Part shown: piece by piece, positions 44,001 to 53,044 of the stretch
Layout: each line of letters begins with the position of its first letter
Numbering within the stretch: the first letter of the stretch is position 1
From: Tubiluchus corallicola
Lineage: Eukaryota; Animalia; Priapulida
DNA length: 64,000 nt
Direction: 5' to 3'
Assembly: GCA_030141605.1 (NCBI GenBank)
Contig: JAQGDQ010000009.1
Span: 558,001 to 622,000, forward strand
Position numbers and translations under genes: made by a program
The notes under the pieces: model-generated
Database searches by the model: none
The model's input: the letters and a program-made list of their open reading frames with translations, nothing else
Told to the model about the DNA's origin: nothing

Positions 44001-45001
44001 AAAGCGACAAAGAGCAGTAGAGGTGAGTGCGTTTCCACAATTAATCTTTGATAAAGTAAAAGTTGCAGTGATTGCGGCCGGGCTTAGCCACAAAAGTTAA
44101 GAAAAGCTGAACCTTGTTGGCTTATGGATGGGTGATTACCAGAAAACTGTTCCTAGTTATTTTTTATGCCAGATATGCCTAGTTATGCATCTTGGTTGAT
44201 GCAGTTCCTCAGCTTGATTGTGTTGTTATCCTTCATAGTGAACTAGAGTCCAATCCTGCCACATCTGTTGCATGGTAAATGGCTTGCAGAATGCCTAGGG
44301 GTAAAGAAGTGGATTTCATCGTTTTTTCGCTGTGCCCAGAGTAAAACATCATTTTGCCCAGTTTCTCATATTAAGAACTTGCATTTCGCCAAATGTTTTA
44401 GTGAAGTTGTAAAGCAAAAGATCAGTTTTTAAGTTTATTTTTTATTTTATTCTCTTTTTTAGACTTATCTATTGCTTTGCACAGGTGTTCTAACATCGGC
44501 AGACATAATTTCAACAGTTATTAAATTATTGCTCTAGCGTGATATGAAAAAAGCATTTGTACCTTAAATTACTTGTTTTTTTTGCACGTTGATTCGTGAA
44601 TAGGCAAATGTGTTGTGGCTGGAAGTATCTGAAATGTGCGGCAAATCGAGTCGTGTGTATTCTAAAAAGTTTGTGAACTTTCATGTCAAACAAATTCATA
44701 GCGAAATAAAAGCCATGCAAGACAAAAAGAAATATTAGAATGCTGGGAAAACTTTCATGGAAATGGTTTGGCATAAAAAAATAAACAAAACATAAATGCA
44801 CGCACAGTTACTTGAAACCATTCTGAGACTTGTACTTAAGAATTACCATACTTTTCTTTTAACTCATAGGCTGTAGCTGATCCTGCTGAAAGTGCAAGAA
44901 AGAAAGCAAGGAAAAATCTGAAAAAGCAAGAAAATAGAAAAAGAAAAATAGAAAGAAAGCGAGTAACAAAAAAGCATACAGGAAAGAAAAGTTATATTTA
45001 A
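2453..45001 (+). CDS. UTP20: Small-subunit processome component 20 homolog (UTP20/DRIM), 47 coding exons
   Basis: Exons joined by hand: 2453-2500, 3306-3456, 5891-6023, 6273-6461, 6740-6884, 7482-7736, 8735-8962, 9866-10081, 10581-10765, 11554-11661, 12408-12593, 13295-13448, 13639-13860, 14389-14545, 16128-16359, 17208-17588, 18475-18600, 18795-18961, 19378-19456, 19594-19789, 20455-20612, 21323-21567, 23836-24212, 24889-25116, 25859-26020, 26416-26553, 26763-27037, 28938-29220, 30921-31063, 31367-31622, 32955-33122, 34026-34186, 34477-34621, 35065-35181, 36009-36179, 36455-36586, 36765-36875, 37278-37427, 37648-37830, 38723-38854, 39763-39895, 40739-40929, 41728-41799, 42640-42831, 43403-43520, 43877-44022, 44870-45001 (TAA). 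Motifs matching UTP20 as recalled: NTFKFQSFSERI, KWSDLNLTEHF, FARDLQNDFYPYF, HIRRFAAESFAFLLRK, LNAWD..EPDYETRL, DPEADFFENIKHIQVHRRGRA, LRRGYQRHVLSY, HLLHPHVWVRLVSGQLFG, plus a basic C-terminal tail. Confidence 0.96.
2602..2743. mobile_element. Short degenerate hAT-like MITE in UTP20 intron 1
   Basis: Ends taaggctgtaac...tttcagcccta form imperfect inverted repeats of the TAGGGCTG type. Flanks tttgctac and cttactac resemble a decayed 8-bp TSD (6/8). Confidence 0.4.
3864..5726 (+). mobile_element. TTAA-flanked Kolobok-like non-autonomous element, copy 1 (interrupted by a hAT MITE)
   Basis: Starts ttaa-aggaaagcaagat and ends gtcctgttttcc-ttaa. The body aligns by eye with 9124-9741 and with the reverse complement of 10857-11449. 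Confidence 0.7.
4232..5505. mobile_element. hAT-family non-autonomous element
   Basis: TIRs tagggatgttaaacg and cgttaacgcccccta-type end (5492-5505). Subterminal cgata repeats at both ends. 8-bp TSD ctgagagg (4224-4231) and ctgaaagg (5506-5513). Confidence 0.8.
9124..9741 (+). mobile_element. Kolobok-like element, copy 2 (uninterrupted)
   Basis: ttac-aggaagacaggac ... gttcggttttgct-ttaa. Internal similarity to copy 1, including tgatgacatca and aacacatctgaactgaga. Confidence 0.7.
10857..11449 (-). mobile_element. Kolobok-like element, copy 3 (inverted)
   Basis: ttaa-aggggaacagaac ... atcctgtttttct-ttaa. The reverse complement aligns with copies 1 and 2. Confidence 0.7.
11759..11995. repeat. 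~240-bp imperfect palindrome (foldback/MITE-like)
   Basis: The arm ggaacttt...gcagcagc...cccaccagaatattaaattaccacattat is mirrored by ataatgtggtcatttaatatcctggtggg...gctgctgc...aaagttcc. Confidence 0.75.
15313..15848. mobile_element. piggyBac-like MITE with a nested palindrome
   Basis: ttaa-cccttttaccggca ... tgccagtgaaagag-ttaa (TTAA TSD, CCC-type terminus). Internal inverted repeat at about 15466-15609 (atttatttcatt.ggatataataattatggtgg / ccaccataattattatatcc.aatgaaataaat). Confidence 0.65.
16921..17043. repeat. (GA)n microsatellite
   Basis: Directly visible; it produces the spurious poly-SL ORF. Confidence 0.98.
20629..20878. repeat. (TATAA)n pentanucleotide microsatellite
   Basis: Directly visible, starting about 17 nt into a UTP20 intron; it produces the spurious ILYYI ORFs. 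Confidence 0.98.
29690..30852. repeat. 41-bp minisatellite (with 33-bp variants), roughly 28-29 units
   Basis: Unit tcagtaaatagtcaatcagtcagtggtagccatgtgttcat. Period of 41 checked from ggtagcc at 30541 and 30582. Some of the early units lack 8 nt. Confidence 0.95.
31657..32107. mobile_element. Decayed hAT-like MITE (CAGGGTTC terminus)
   Basis: Begins cagggttccc, with several gtcagggaaa/gtcatggaaa subterminal repeats. The right end tgtgtgaattctg is degenerate and there is no clear TSD. Confidence 0.5.
33540..33912 (+). mobile_element. TTAA-flanked dispersed repeat, family B copy 1
   Basis: Colinear similarity with 61500-61832 (tttgaaacaaa, aataatcagagcattcata, cttcccc..ttaa). Confidence 0.65.
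40038..40398. mobile_element. MITE with ~35-bp imperfect TIRs
   Basis: ctatgatatgccaaag..ccaacatctggtgtc is mirrored by gacaccagatgctggacgctttggtgtatcatag. Confidence 0.6.
40981..41552. repeat. 30-bp tandem repeat (about 5 units) split by a transposon
   Basis: Units like attagtcagtttgcttttgttacaaagcat lie on both sides of 41074-41495. Confidence 0.75.
41074..41495. mobile_element. Non-autonomous DNA transposon with CAC..GTG ends (Chapaev/CMC-like)
   Basis: 20-bp TIRs cactcatatctcagtttgcc and ggcaaaccgagatatgagtg. Putative 4-bp TSD tatt/tgtt. A related end occurs at 56549. Confidence 0.7.
44085..44145 (+). mobile_element. Possible 5S-rRNA-derived SINE fragment
   Basis: aagttaagaaaagctgaaccttgttggcttatggatgggtgattacc loosely resembles the 5S internal control region (aagctaagcagggtcgggcctggttagtacttggatgggagacc). 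Too degenerate to be a 5S gene. Confidence 0.35.
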
Positions 45002-45490
45002 CTCTCCAGTCAAGTTATAGAGAGTAAGAGAGATATAATAAACGAAACAAAATGGTATAACGAACGTCCTGCTGTTGTTTGTTACAATTTTATAATACTC
45101 AATGCGTACTACTAAAAAGTGCAATTTTAACTTGATATGATACAGTATTTCTTGCTTATTTATATTTTCGCAGGTTGGCTTGGAGATCTTTTATTTATTT
45201 AATGATTATTGATTACCATTGTTAATACTGCTGTTGATAAATTTTCGCTTGTACTTAAAGCTTCGGTAGCAAAACATTTTTTTAAAAATTATGTTTTATA
45301 CTATTAGTGGTTTAGATTGGTAGTGGTTTATACTGTACTAAGATGTAGATTTGTAAATAAGTTCAGTTTTCTTTATAAAATTTGCTCATGTATTTATTTT
45401 CTATTGTATGTATTAAAACATCGGCTTATTGGTTTGATATGAGAAATTTGATAATTTGTAAAATTAAAATGAATTTGGACAGTTTTTTGT

Positions 45491-45496
45491 AATAAA
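45491..45496 (+). promoter_or_regulatory. Candidate UTP20 polyadenylation signal
   Basis: AATAAA about 490 nt after the stop codon, followed by T-rich sequence. Confidence 0.4.
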
Positions 45497-46541
45497 ACAT
45501 ATTTCTTTCCTCAACATTGGTACCGCCGTTACTTTTACTGAATGAAACTGTAGAGCACAACATAAACTAGATGTCATGAAGAGAAATGTTGAGGCAATAC
45601 ACATGACATGCATATCATAACTGGACTCACAAGTAACGTGTAGGCTAGTTCACAAATAAGCTTCAAATGTGTGAAACAAAGAAAAGCCGAGTGGCCACTG
45701 TGTGTTTAGCAATGAACAGTAAGCAGAAGTAACTCGATAGGTGACTGCCAGGAATTCGGTATGAGCAGTCAACATGTCGTACTCCTTCCGGTTGTTAACC
45801 TCATTGAGGATATACAAGTATGTGAAAGTGACTGAGACAATTTCTGCCAGTTCAATGGTAGAGGCTTACACACTAGGTTATGGTTCTGCCACAATCATCT
45901 ACGCTAATTGTAGGCATTGCCGTTCAGTACTGGCCCGGCTTCATCTTAAATGTTGTAGACTGATGCACAATACCGTATAGACTTGTTTATTATTTCAACA
46001 ATAGATACATTAACCACAATATTATCTTCAGAATATTAATCATGATTACATTGTTTTATACCATGCAAGTTTTTATCTCAAAGAATATTATTGGGCACAA
46101 CATTAATAAACACTGGTTGATCAAGTTCAGAGCACCATAGAAATATTTGTACACAGAAAAATAAGCAAAATCCTCAGTTTGAACACTAATCGCAACAAAT
46201 CAGTATATGGATAGTTTAAAAGAGATGCATAAAAAGAAACACTAACAGAGGGACTTACTTTTACTTACTAATTCCTACACGAAACGAGAAATTAAATGCA
46301 CTTTATAACGAAACTAACACAAAAATATTGTTTGCTGTCTAAAGTTACATAGATGTTCTATCTAAATGAACTGCACAACAGAACTCAAATTGACATCTTC
46401 ATTTAAAGTCAAACATAAAGTGTTTTTCATTCACTGGTAAATACAGTGCAGATACACAATACTGTCAATACAGTAAGCGCTTATTCTCTGGTTATAGTAT
46501 CACAGCTATGCAAGTTTGTTACCTGAAAACGGCTACACATA

Positions 46542-48410
46542 TCACTGTTGATTTTTATCCAGTTTTGCTAACAGAAGTTCGTTTTTGTGGCACTCGTCTT
46601 TAAACTCTTTTACTGTTTTGAAATACAGTCTTTCTTTTTCTACTATATCTAGATACTGGTCACTTAACTGATCACGTTTCATCTTTGTCTCCTGTTTTTT
46701 CTTTTCTACCTTCGTACGATTTTGTTTCACGCCTTCCACGATTTGCTCAAACTGCTTGAGAAATTGTTCCTTTGTCACTGGCGAAGACATGGCTTGCTCA
46801 AACGTGTCATGAATAGAGTTAAGCAAATTAATTTCCTTGCTTATGTAAAGCCTGCTGTCATCTAGAATATTATAAAGTGTGTAAAACTGTTTAGTTTCTT
46901 TTAGTTTGTGTGCAACTTGATTGTAAAGCTCAACAAATCTACGCTGATATTGACTTAATTCAGCTCGTGTTGGAACTTCATCAATTTTTCGCTGAAGTGT
47001 AGCTATGTCCCTATTTTTCCTGGCAAGCATTATCTGCAGTTTCTGATATTTAGCTTTATCAATTTCATACTGACACTCGATCAGCTCGGTTCGCTCCTGA
47101 TCTTTGCTGCTGCTGATGTTGCCACCCGAAGTTTCTAGTTGCTCTATTTCAGTCTCTAATCGTGACTTTTCCTCCTTGCATTTGGCACGGAAATCACGCT
47201 CTTGTTTCTTTAGGCTTTCATTCTCTGCGATAAGCGATTTTAGACGTTCTATAACAGCTCTGTTCTCATCGTTCTCTATATCACCTAGTTCACCAATTGT
47301 CTCTTGTAAATTGTCGTGTGACTGCTTACAACGTCCCAACTTCAGATGCATATCATCGTGCCTCGACTTTAATTCAGAAGAAGATTTTTGTACATCGCTA
47401 AATTGTGCCGTGCCAGATGTCAACTGCTTTTCTAATGAAGCCATCACGTGAGTATGTCTTTGAGCACCACTCATCCGCTCTCCTTTTGCTTCCTGCAGCT
47501 CTGCCCGCTTCTCTGCGTACTCTGTTGCCATCTGCTGAATTTCTTTTGACTGCATACCTACGATGGATCCAACAGCGCTGGCAGTGAGTTTTCTATCTGA
47601 TGTAGCAGTCATTCCTCCCATTAAGGCAGCAATTTTTTCTTGTTCAGCAGCATGTATTTCATCATTTATCTTGTCGTTATCAGTGCCAGGTTTTTTATTA
47701 TCTGTACTATTTTTAGTTTTGTGTCTAAGCAAGCCGGGAACTTGTCCATACTCTAATAATGTAGAATGTACCCTTGATTCTTCATCGATTAGTTGACTGT
47801 GATCGTGTCTTTTAAACCTGCGCTGAGGAGCATACTGCTCTCTAACAGTTTTTATAGTACTACCACTTTTGTCTTTATTCTCATCCCTAACCAGATCTTT
47901 GGGCATTTTGTAATTCTTGCTAAACTGCAGCAGAGAAAAGGAGCGAATGTAGTCTCCCATCTCTTGGCGTGACTCAATGGCACGTTTGACTAACCACTGC
48001 ACTACAGGATAAATATGGATGAAGTCCAGTCCCTGTATCTGATGCGGCTCAATTGGGTGAGGACACTTCATTTTAGGCAGGACGGCGACTATTTTCTCTG
48101 TTAGCGCAATTTTTTGACCTATGGTAGAGTTTTCCTGGAAAAGTAGATCGACGTCAACATCGAAGTTACAGGTAGTAATACACCAAGTCATGCCACCAAC
48201 AACTTTGTCAAATGGTGATAAACCTTTTATTCGAGCTCGAAAATAACCAGCTGCCAAGAGAAGATCGATAATTTCATGCATTTTAACGAACTGCTCTTCA
48301 TCTTCTCTGGTTTCTGGCTCAATTTCTCTACCATCAGCATCATATAGAATGGTCATTTGCTTTGTACTAGCTGTCCGTCCACGCGGAGTGAACATGCTTT
48401 GTTCTGTCAT
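46542..48410 (-). CDS. CCDC93: Coiled-coil domain-containing protein 93 (CCC/Commander complex subunit), intronless CDS, 622 aa
   Basis: N-terminal ETREDEEQ..LLAAGYFRARIKGLSPFDKVVGGMTWCITTCNFDVDVDLLFQENSTIGQKIAL and C-terminal IDEVPTRAELSQYQRRFVELY match CCDC93 as recalled. The ORF is full-length and uninterrupted. Confidence 0.97.
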   Translation of the reverse strand: MTEQSMFTPRGRTASTKQMTILYDADGREIEPETREDEEQFVKMHEIIDLLLAAGYFRARIKGLSPFDKVVGGMTWCITTCNFDVDVDLLFQENSTIGQKIALTEKIVAVLPKMKCPHPIEPHQIQGLDFIHIYPVVQWLVKRAIESRQEMGDYIRSFSLLQFSKNYKMPKDLVRDENKDKSGSTIKTVREQYAPQRRFKRHDHSQLIDEESRVHSTLLEYGQVPGLLRHKTKNSTDNKKPGTDNDKINDEIHAAEQEKIAALMGGMTATSDRKLTASAVGSIVGMQSKEIQQMATEYAEKRAELQEAKGERMSGAQRHTHVMASLEKQLTSGTAQFSDVQKSSSELKSRHDDMHLKLGRCKQSHDNLQETIGELGDIENDENRAVIERLKSLIAENESLKKQERDFRAKCKEEKSRLETEIEQLETSGGNISSSKDQERTELIECQYEIDKAKYQKLQIMLARKNRDIATLQRKIDEVPTRAELSQYQRRFVELYNQVAHKLKETKQFYTLYNILDDSRLYISKEINLLNSIHDTFEQAMSSPVTKEQFLKQFEQIVEGVKQNRTKVEKKKQETKMKRDQLSDQYLDIVEKERLYFKTVKEFKDECHKNELLLAKLDKNQQ

Positions 48411-48923
48411 ATTTCACGTGTGCAAAATAAGCTTATTTAGACTAACAATGCCTAACACTAGTGTTACTTCCACTAAACAAATGTGTTAGCAAACTTGCAG
48501 AAATGAAAACAGTCCTAAAACACTAAAGCCATTCCTTTTTTGTGGCAAATCTGAAAAAAACAAAAATAATTAGACATTTCGCCAGCTTTTCATAGAGACT
48601 GGCAGGGCAATATTTGGTCATTTATAAAAGGCTTGATAAGTATAGCTACATATAAGAGTATTTATAAATACGCACAGCCTGTTGCAGCTTCAAAAAAATA
48701 GTTCTCAAATTTATTGTTTCTGAAACATTAGCTTCTTACATTGTAACGTAAGAATAAGACTCCACTGACACCTCGCATATTTTGGAAATCCTGACTAGAT
48801 CCAGTGTTGTGGGCGTTACATGTGCATCAGTTTGTATGAGCTATTACTTTTTCTGTTTTTCCATCTCTTCATAAATCTCTACATGCCACAAATTGCAAAG
48901 AAACTGATCAAATTCAACTTTAC

Positions 48924-49499
48924 CTAGTTACTGCTGCTATCACTTGAAGTTACGGGCTTGTTTGTAGGCTCATTGCGTTGTTTCCACTCTCTGTAGAAAT
49001 CAGCAAGGGGCCACCCTCCCTTTTTCTCTTTTGGAACAAATGTCTCGTTATTTTGCAGTCTGTACCAGCTCCAGTGAATAAGGCCTAAAGCAGGAACCAT
49101 AACAATAAAAAACCTGAAAAAACATTTACTAAAATTATGTGATGTTATGTTATATTAAAACACCTTGAAATTTTCAAAAAATGGAGATACTACGTGAATA
49201 CTGAAACAACTGAACAAGTAGTTTTCGCTCATGACCTCGTAACTATCTACAAGTACAAGTATGACTATGAGGATTTTCAAAGAAACTAATCTGATCCAAG
49301 ACTGTGTCCTCACTCATTATCTTGAACAGGTTGGCAAGGTCAATTAACAAAACTCACTGCTTTAGTTCTTTTATCCACCCTACTTAATAAAGTTAGTTAG
49401 TAAACTAAACAGTAAATTACACTGAATGATTTCAGGGTCGACCCAAGTACCACAGTTAGCCTACCTGTAACGACTGCAGAACTGTTTGACTGCGTCCAT
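48924..49499 (-). CDS. 74-aa single-pass microprotein resembling MKKS uORF protein uMKKS1; two exons (49499-49465, 49113-48924)
   Basis: Spliced translation MDAVKQFCSRYRFFIVMVPALGLIHWSWYRLQNNETFVPKEKKGGWPLADFYREWKQRNEPTNKPVTSSDSSSN*. Donor AG|gtaggc and acceptor ttttttcag|G are canonical and phase-matched. The start context gtaATGG is good. The core matches recalled human uMKKS1 (YKVLVVMVPLVGLIHLGWYRI). Confidence 0.85.
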
Positions 49500-49859
49500 T
49501 ACGCACAGTACGAATTCTATGTATTCGGGCTTCTTATAAAGCTAATATGATATACTTCACAAGCAACTTAAAATTTCAAATCAGGATTTCAAAATTACTT
49601 TAAATTTGATAAAAAAACGCCTTGTACTCCATGCACAGGCAACACAACACGGCAACATCGCCCATACCAGTTAACTGTTCAAGTGTTTTGGGAACTTTAC
49701 TGCCGCCTTTCGTGTGTTTTTGTTCGATTCAAATGCAGTTTATTTCTAAGATGCTTGCAATAGTTATAATAAATTAAATAGCCACTAGGCAGATACACGA
49801 TGCCGCCTCCGTAGAAATTCCACATGGTTGATCACACTTATCCTTCACCAGATTCCTAT

Positions 49860-50530
49860 AAGAGAATCTCAATAGACTAACAATACGTCGACGACATTGG
49901 TTGGATTAGCATTTTAAAATTCTGCCCAGAAACATTTAAAAAACACATGGGTTCACTACTTAACACTGAAGATGATAAAAAATAGGAAACAAAAGGCAGT
50001 GTACGGTTTTATCCAAAATAAATCTATTCTAATCAGCCAGAAACCATTCTCAAAACAAGGCTGTATCTTTTCAATGCATATGTAACGTTGGGCTTCACTG
50101 TAATGCAGGAAGCAGAAATAGATGGTTTCACAGAGAAATACATCTCAGACAAATCTTAAAAATAAAATGACAATAATTACATCATTTTAAATGAACATCT
50201 GTATAACTGGACCAAAGAGAAACTTTAAAGCAGTAAAATTATAATCAGAAAACTAAAATGGGTAGAACATTTAATGAGATTACCAAAGACAACAATAGTA
50301 AGATTAGCATTAAACGAGGCACTGAATCTCTGAAACCTATTAAATGACTTCAAAGCAAACCGTAGACAACTTTGATATCAAGAATTAATAAAGACTTACG
50401 ACAGCTCAGAACAAACTTAACAATAGCATCACAGTTGAAAATTTCAGCTGCAGCCAGGAAACAGTGACGTGCTCTAATAAAGGACAGAGGTTCAATGTCT
50501 AAAATATTTGTTTAGAGCAACAGGAGAAGA
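49860..50530 (+). mobile_element. Degraded non-LTR retrotransposon 3' fragment (RTE-like)
   Basis: Broken frames read GSLLNTEDD, KTRLYLFNAYV, IDGF, LNEHLY and RKLKWVEHLMRLP..LALNEAL. These resemble the post-RT C-terminal region of RTE-clade LINEs. Multiple stops and frameshifts. Confidence 0.65.
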
Positions 50531-53044
50531 AAGTAGCCAAGCTCCGCAAGTTTTGTGCATACCATCACACCACACCACAACAACAATCCGCATTACACCA
50601 TTATACCACTTCACCACTCAACAATACATACTATGACTGAAAAATTCTTTAATTTAGTTGTTGATTCTAAAACTAGAGAACATACTTTAAAACTGTTTAA
50701 AGAGTGGTCACGTACGTTTTGACATTCGTAAATGTTCGTTTACTGTGAGTGTGGTGAAATGAATGGAATAATCTTGCCTGCCACGGTGATTGCTGCGCCA
50801 GCCATAGTAAAGCTTAAATCTTTAATCTACAATTACTTCGTGGAAAAATATGGGGTTTCTATGAGTGTACGCGCTCAACCCTTAATATTGACGGTATATA
50901 AGGTAACGTTGACTTACGTTGGTGTGTATCTTCTCGACGTCGTTTCCTGGTGTAGTTTGTTGGCGGTGTGTTTTGTTTTCCAGATTTTCTGATTAACTAT
51001 TGACATGGCTACGCACATTTAGTTCCTAAAAATCATATTCCACGCTATAATGTGGACTAGAAACTAAATTTTAGAAGTTAAGGATTTTCTAAAGTGCTAT
51101 TTGTCAACAGGTTGGACGTGCCATGTGTTAGACTGTCTACATGTAATGCCTGTATAAACTTAAAGACTCTTTTATGTATAAAACAGTATCTGGCGATTTG
51201 TTACATGGTTGAGCAGTCATACTCATATAATGTAAGAGGTTCTAGCATTGATGTCTTGCTGAAATCTAGGTTTTTCAAAAAGATACTGCTTTGAAACCAA
51301 ACTTCCTGTTTGCCATAATTGGCAATCAATTGCACCCTTTTTATTTTTTATTTTATTGTTATTTTGGCTATATCTCTGCTTTGGTAATATTAACATGACT
51401 TAATCATTGTCATAACATCATCGTACTAACATTACTAACATATATTCCTCATCAGCATGCTGAATTTCAACGTTTTTGCAGTTTGTCCTCATTCTAGAAA
51501 GAAAGTGTGTGTGTGTGTGCATGCATGCGAGTGAGAGAGAGAGAGAGCTCATTTAATGCATTTCTGTTTTTGTTTCTCACATTTCAAATTTACCATTAAT
51601 GTGGGCGGCACCAATACAAGATTTTCTTCTTGGTGTTGTACAGAGGCATACCAGTAGCCTCAACAAAAATTACATGTTATTGTGTTGAATCAAAATTTGT
51701 GTTAATTTAATGCTTTCTGTATAAATTATCATTGCAAACTAATTTGCTCGTGGTAAATCTAACAATAAATTCTAAAATTCTGGCCTTGGTGAAACCCATA
51801 TTTATCTCTTTAGCTGAATTATGGGCAGTAAGAATTGGCCTAACAATATGAAATGACAATTTGCTTCATTCTCCAAAGAAAGACTTAAAGTTAAAGTAGA
51901 GAAATCCATACAAGGTGATTTCATTTGATTGAAATTGCCTGAGTAATCATTACAGCATTATATAAAACTCTAGAATCAACAAGAAAGCCTAGGGCACCGA
52001 GAAGCTTGGAGGGGTCGCCTACTAATGCATAATGGACATGAACAACTGGTAGCCATTAATGTATGCAGTGGTTTAAAACATCTGTGCATAATTCTGTCAA
52101 ATGTATTATTTTAGTTCAATAACAGCTGTGCATGATTGTCATAGTGATAAAAACCCAAGATTCCTTTTCTTGCAAAGTCTTTCATGGAGATTTGATGGAA
52201 ATATTTTTAATCTGCAGACCCTATGCATCATCAATTCTATGTTCATCACTACTTCATTAAAAGAAGCCAATACAAGCATTTTTGATGTCTGATTAAAGAT
52301 ACATGCATGCAGTTCCGAAAAAAGGTTAAGAAAGGCTATAATTGAAAAACTGAAATGGTATTTATTATTATATGTCATGATAGTTTTCACCATTATCTTG
52401 GTTGTACTGTGCATGACTACCTCGGTGGGATTTTGGAATTTGATGTGCTATGTTTGCAAGTGCCAAATTCAGTTATGCAGTTATGACGTCCACATTAGGA
52501 ACTTTTGTGAGACTACAATTTTTTAAGCTGTTCCTACTTGGGTTTGAAATAGCAGTTTGACCAGTTTTGTAAAAAAAGATCATTTTAATTAATTAGATTA
52601 AAAAATTGACATTACGAGTTCCGAACAATTATTACGTCTGTGTCTAGAAGACAAAATGTCTATTACTTTTACTTCAATGTTCCGCAAAGCCACACAATCT
52701 TTGGATGCCTGTGCAACCTTTCCATATCCATGGGAATTCTCCACAATGACAACCCTGAACCATCTTGTGACATTTCTACATTCTAGTTCTATCAGAGCTG
52801 TTACATCAGTTGCATTGTAAAAATGGCCTAACTGCTACTTGTTTTGGTTTTACATCTACGTTTTCTATGTTGTAAGGTGGCATTTTAATTTGGCTAATTG
52901 TAAATTATTATGTTGTAAGTGAAATTTTTGTTGTTAGATTGCTAGTGGATGGTAATGCACCAAGCCAGATTCTGGAAGACTAGCTATCCCTTCGACTCAC
53001 TTGCTGCAGGAGAAAGTTCACTTTATTTATCTGTAGAGTGAATA

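Noticed and set aside
47104-47796. Plus-strand ORFs overlapping CCDC93
   Set aside because: These are antisense shadows of a coiled-coil coding sequence with no independent features.
48411-48550. Search for a uMKKS2-like second microprotein between the uORF and CCDC93
   Set aside because: All three frames close quickly and only a 5-codon ATG ORF is present.
50861-51300. MSVRAQPLILTVYK as the start of an LYR-motif protein
   Set aside because: No downstream exon with the expected LYR-family continuation was found.
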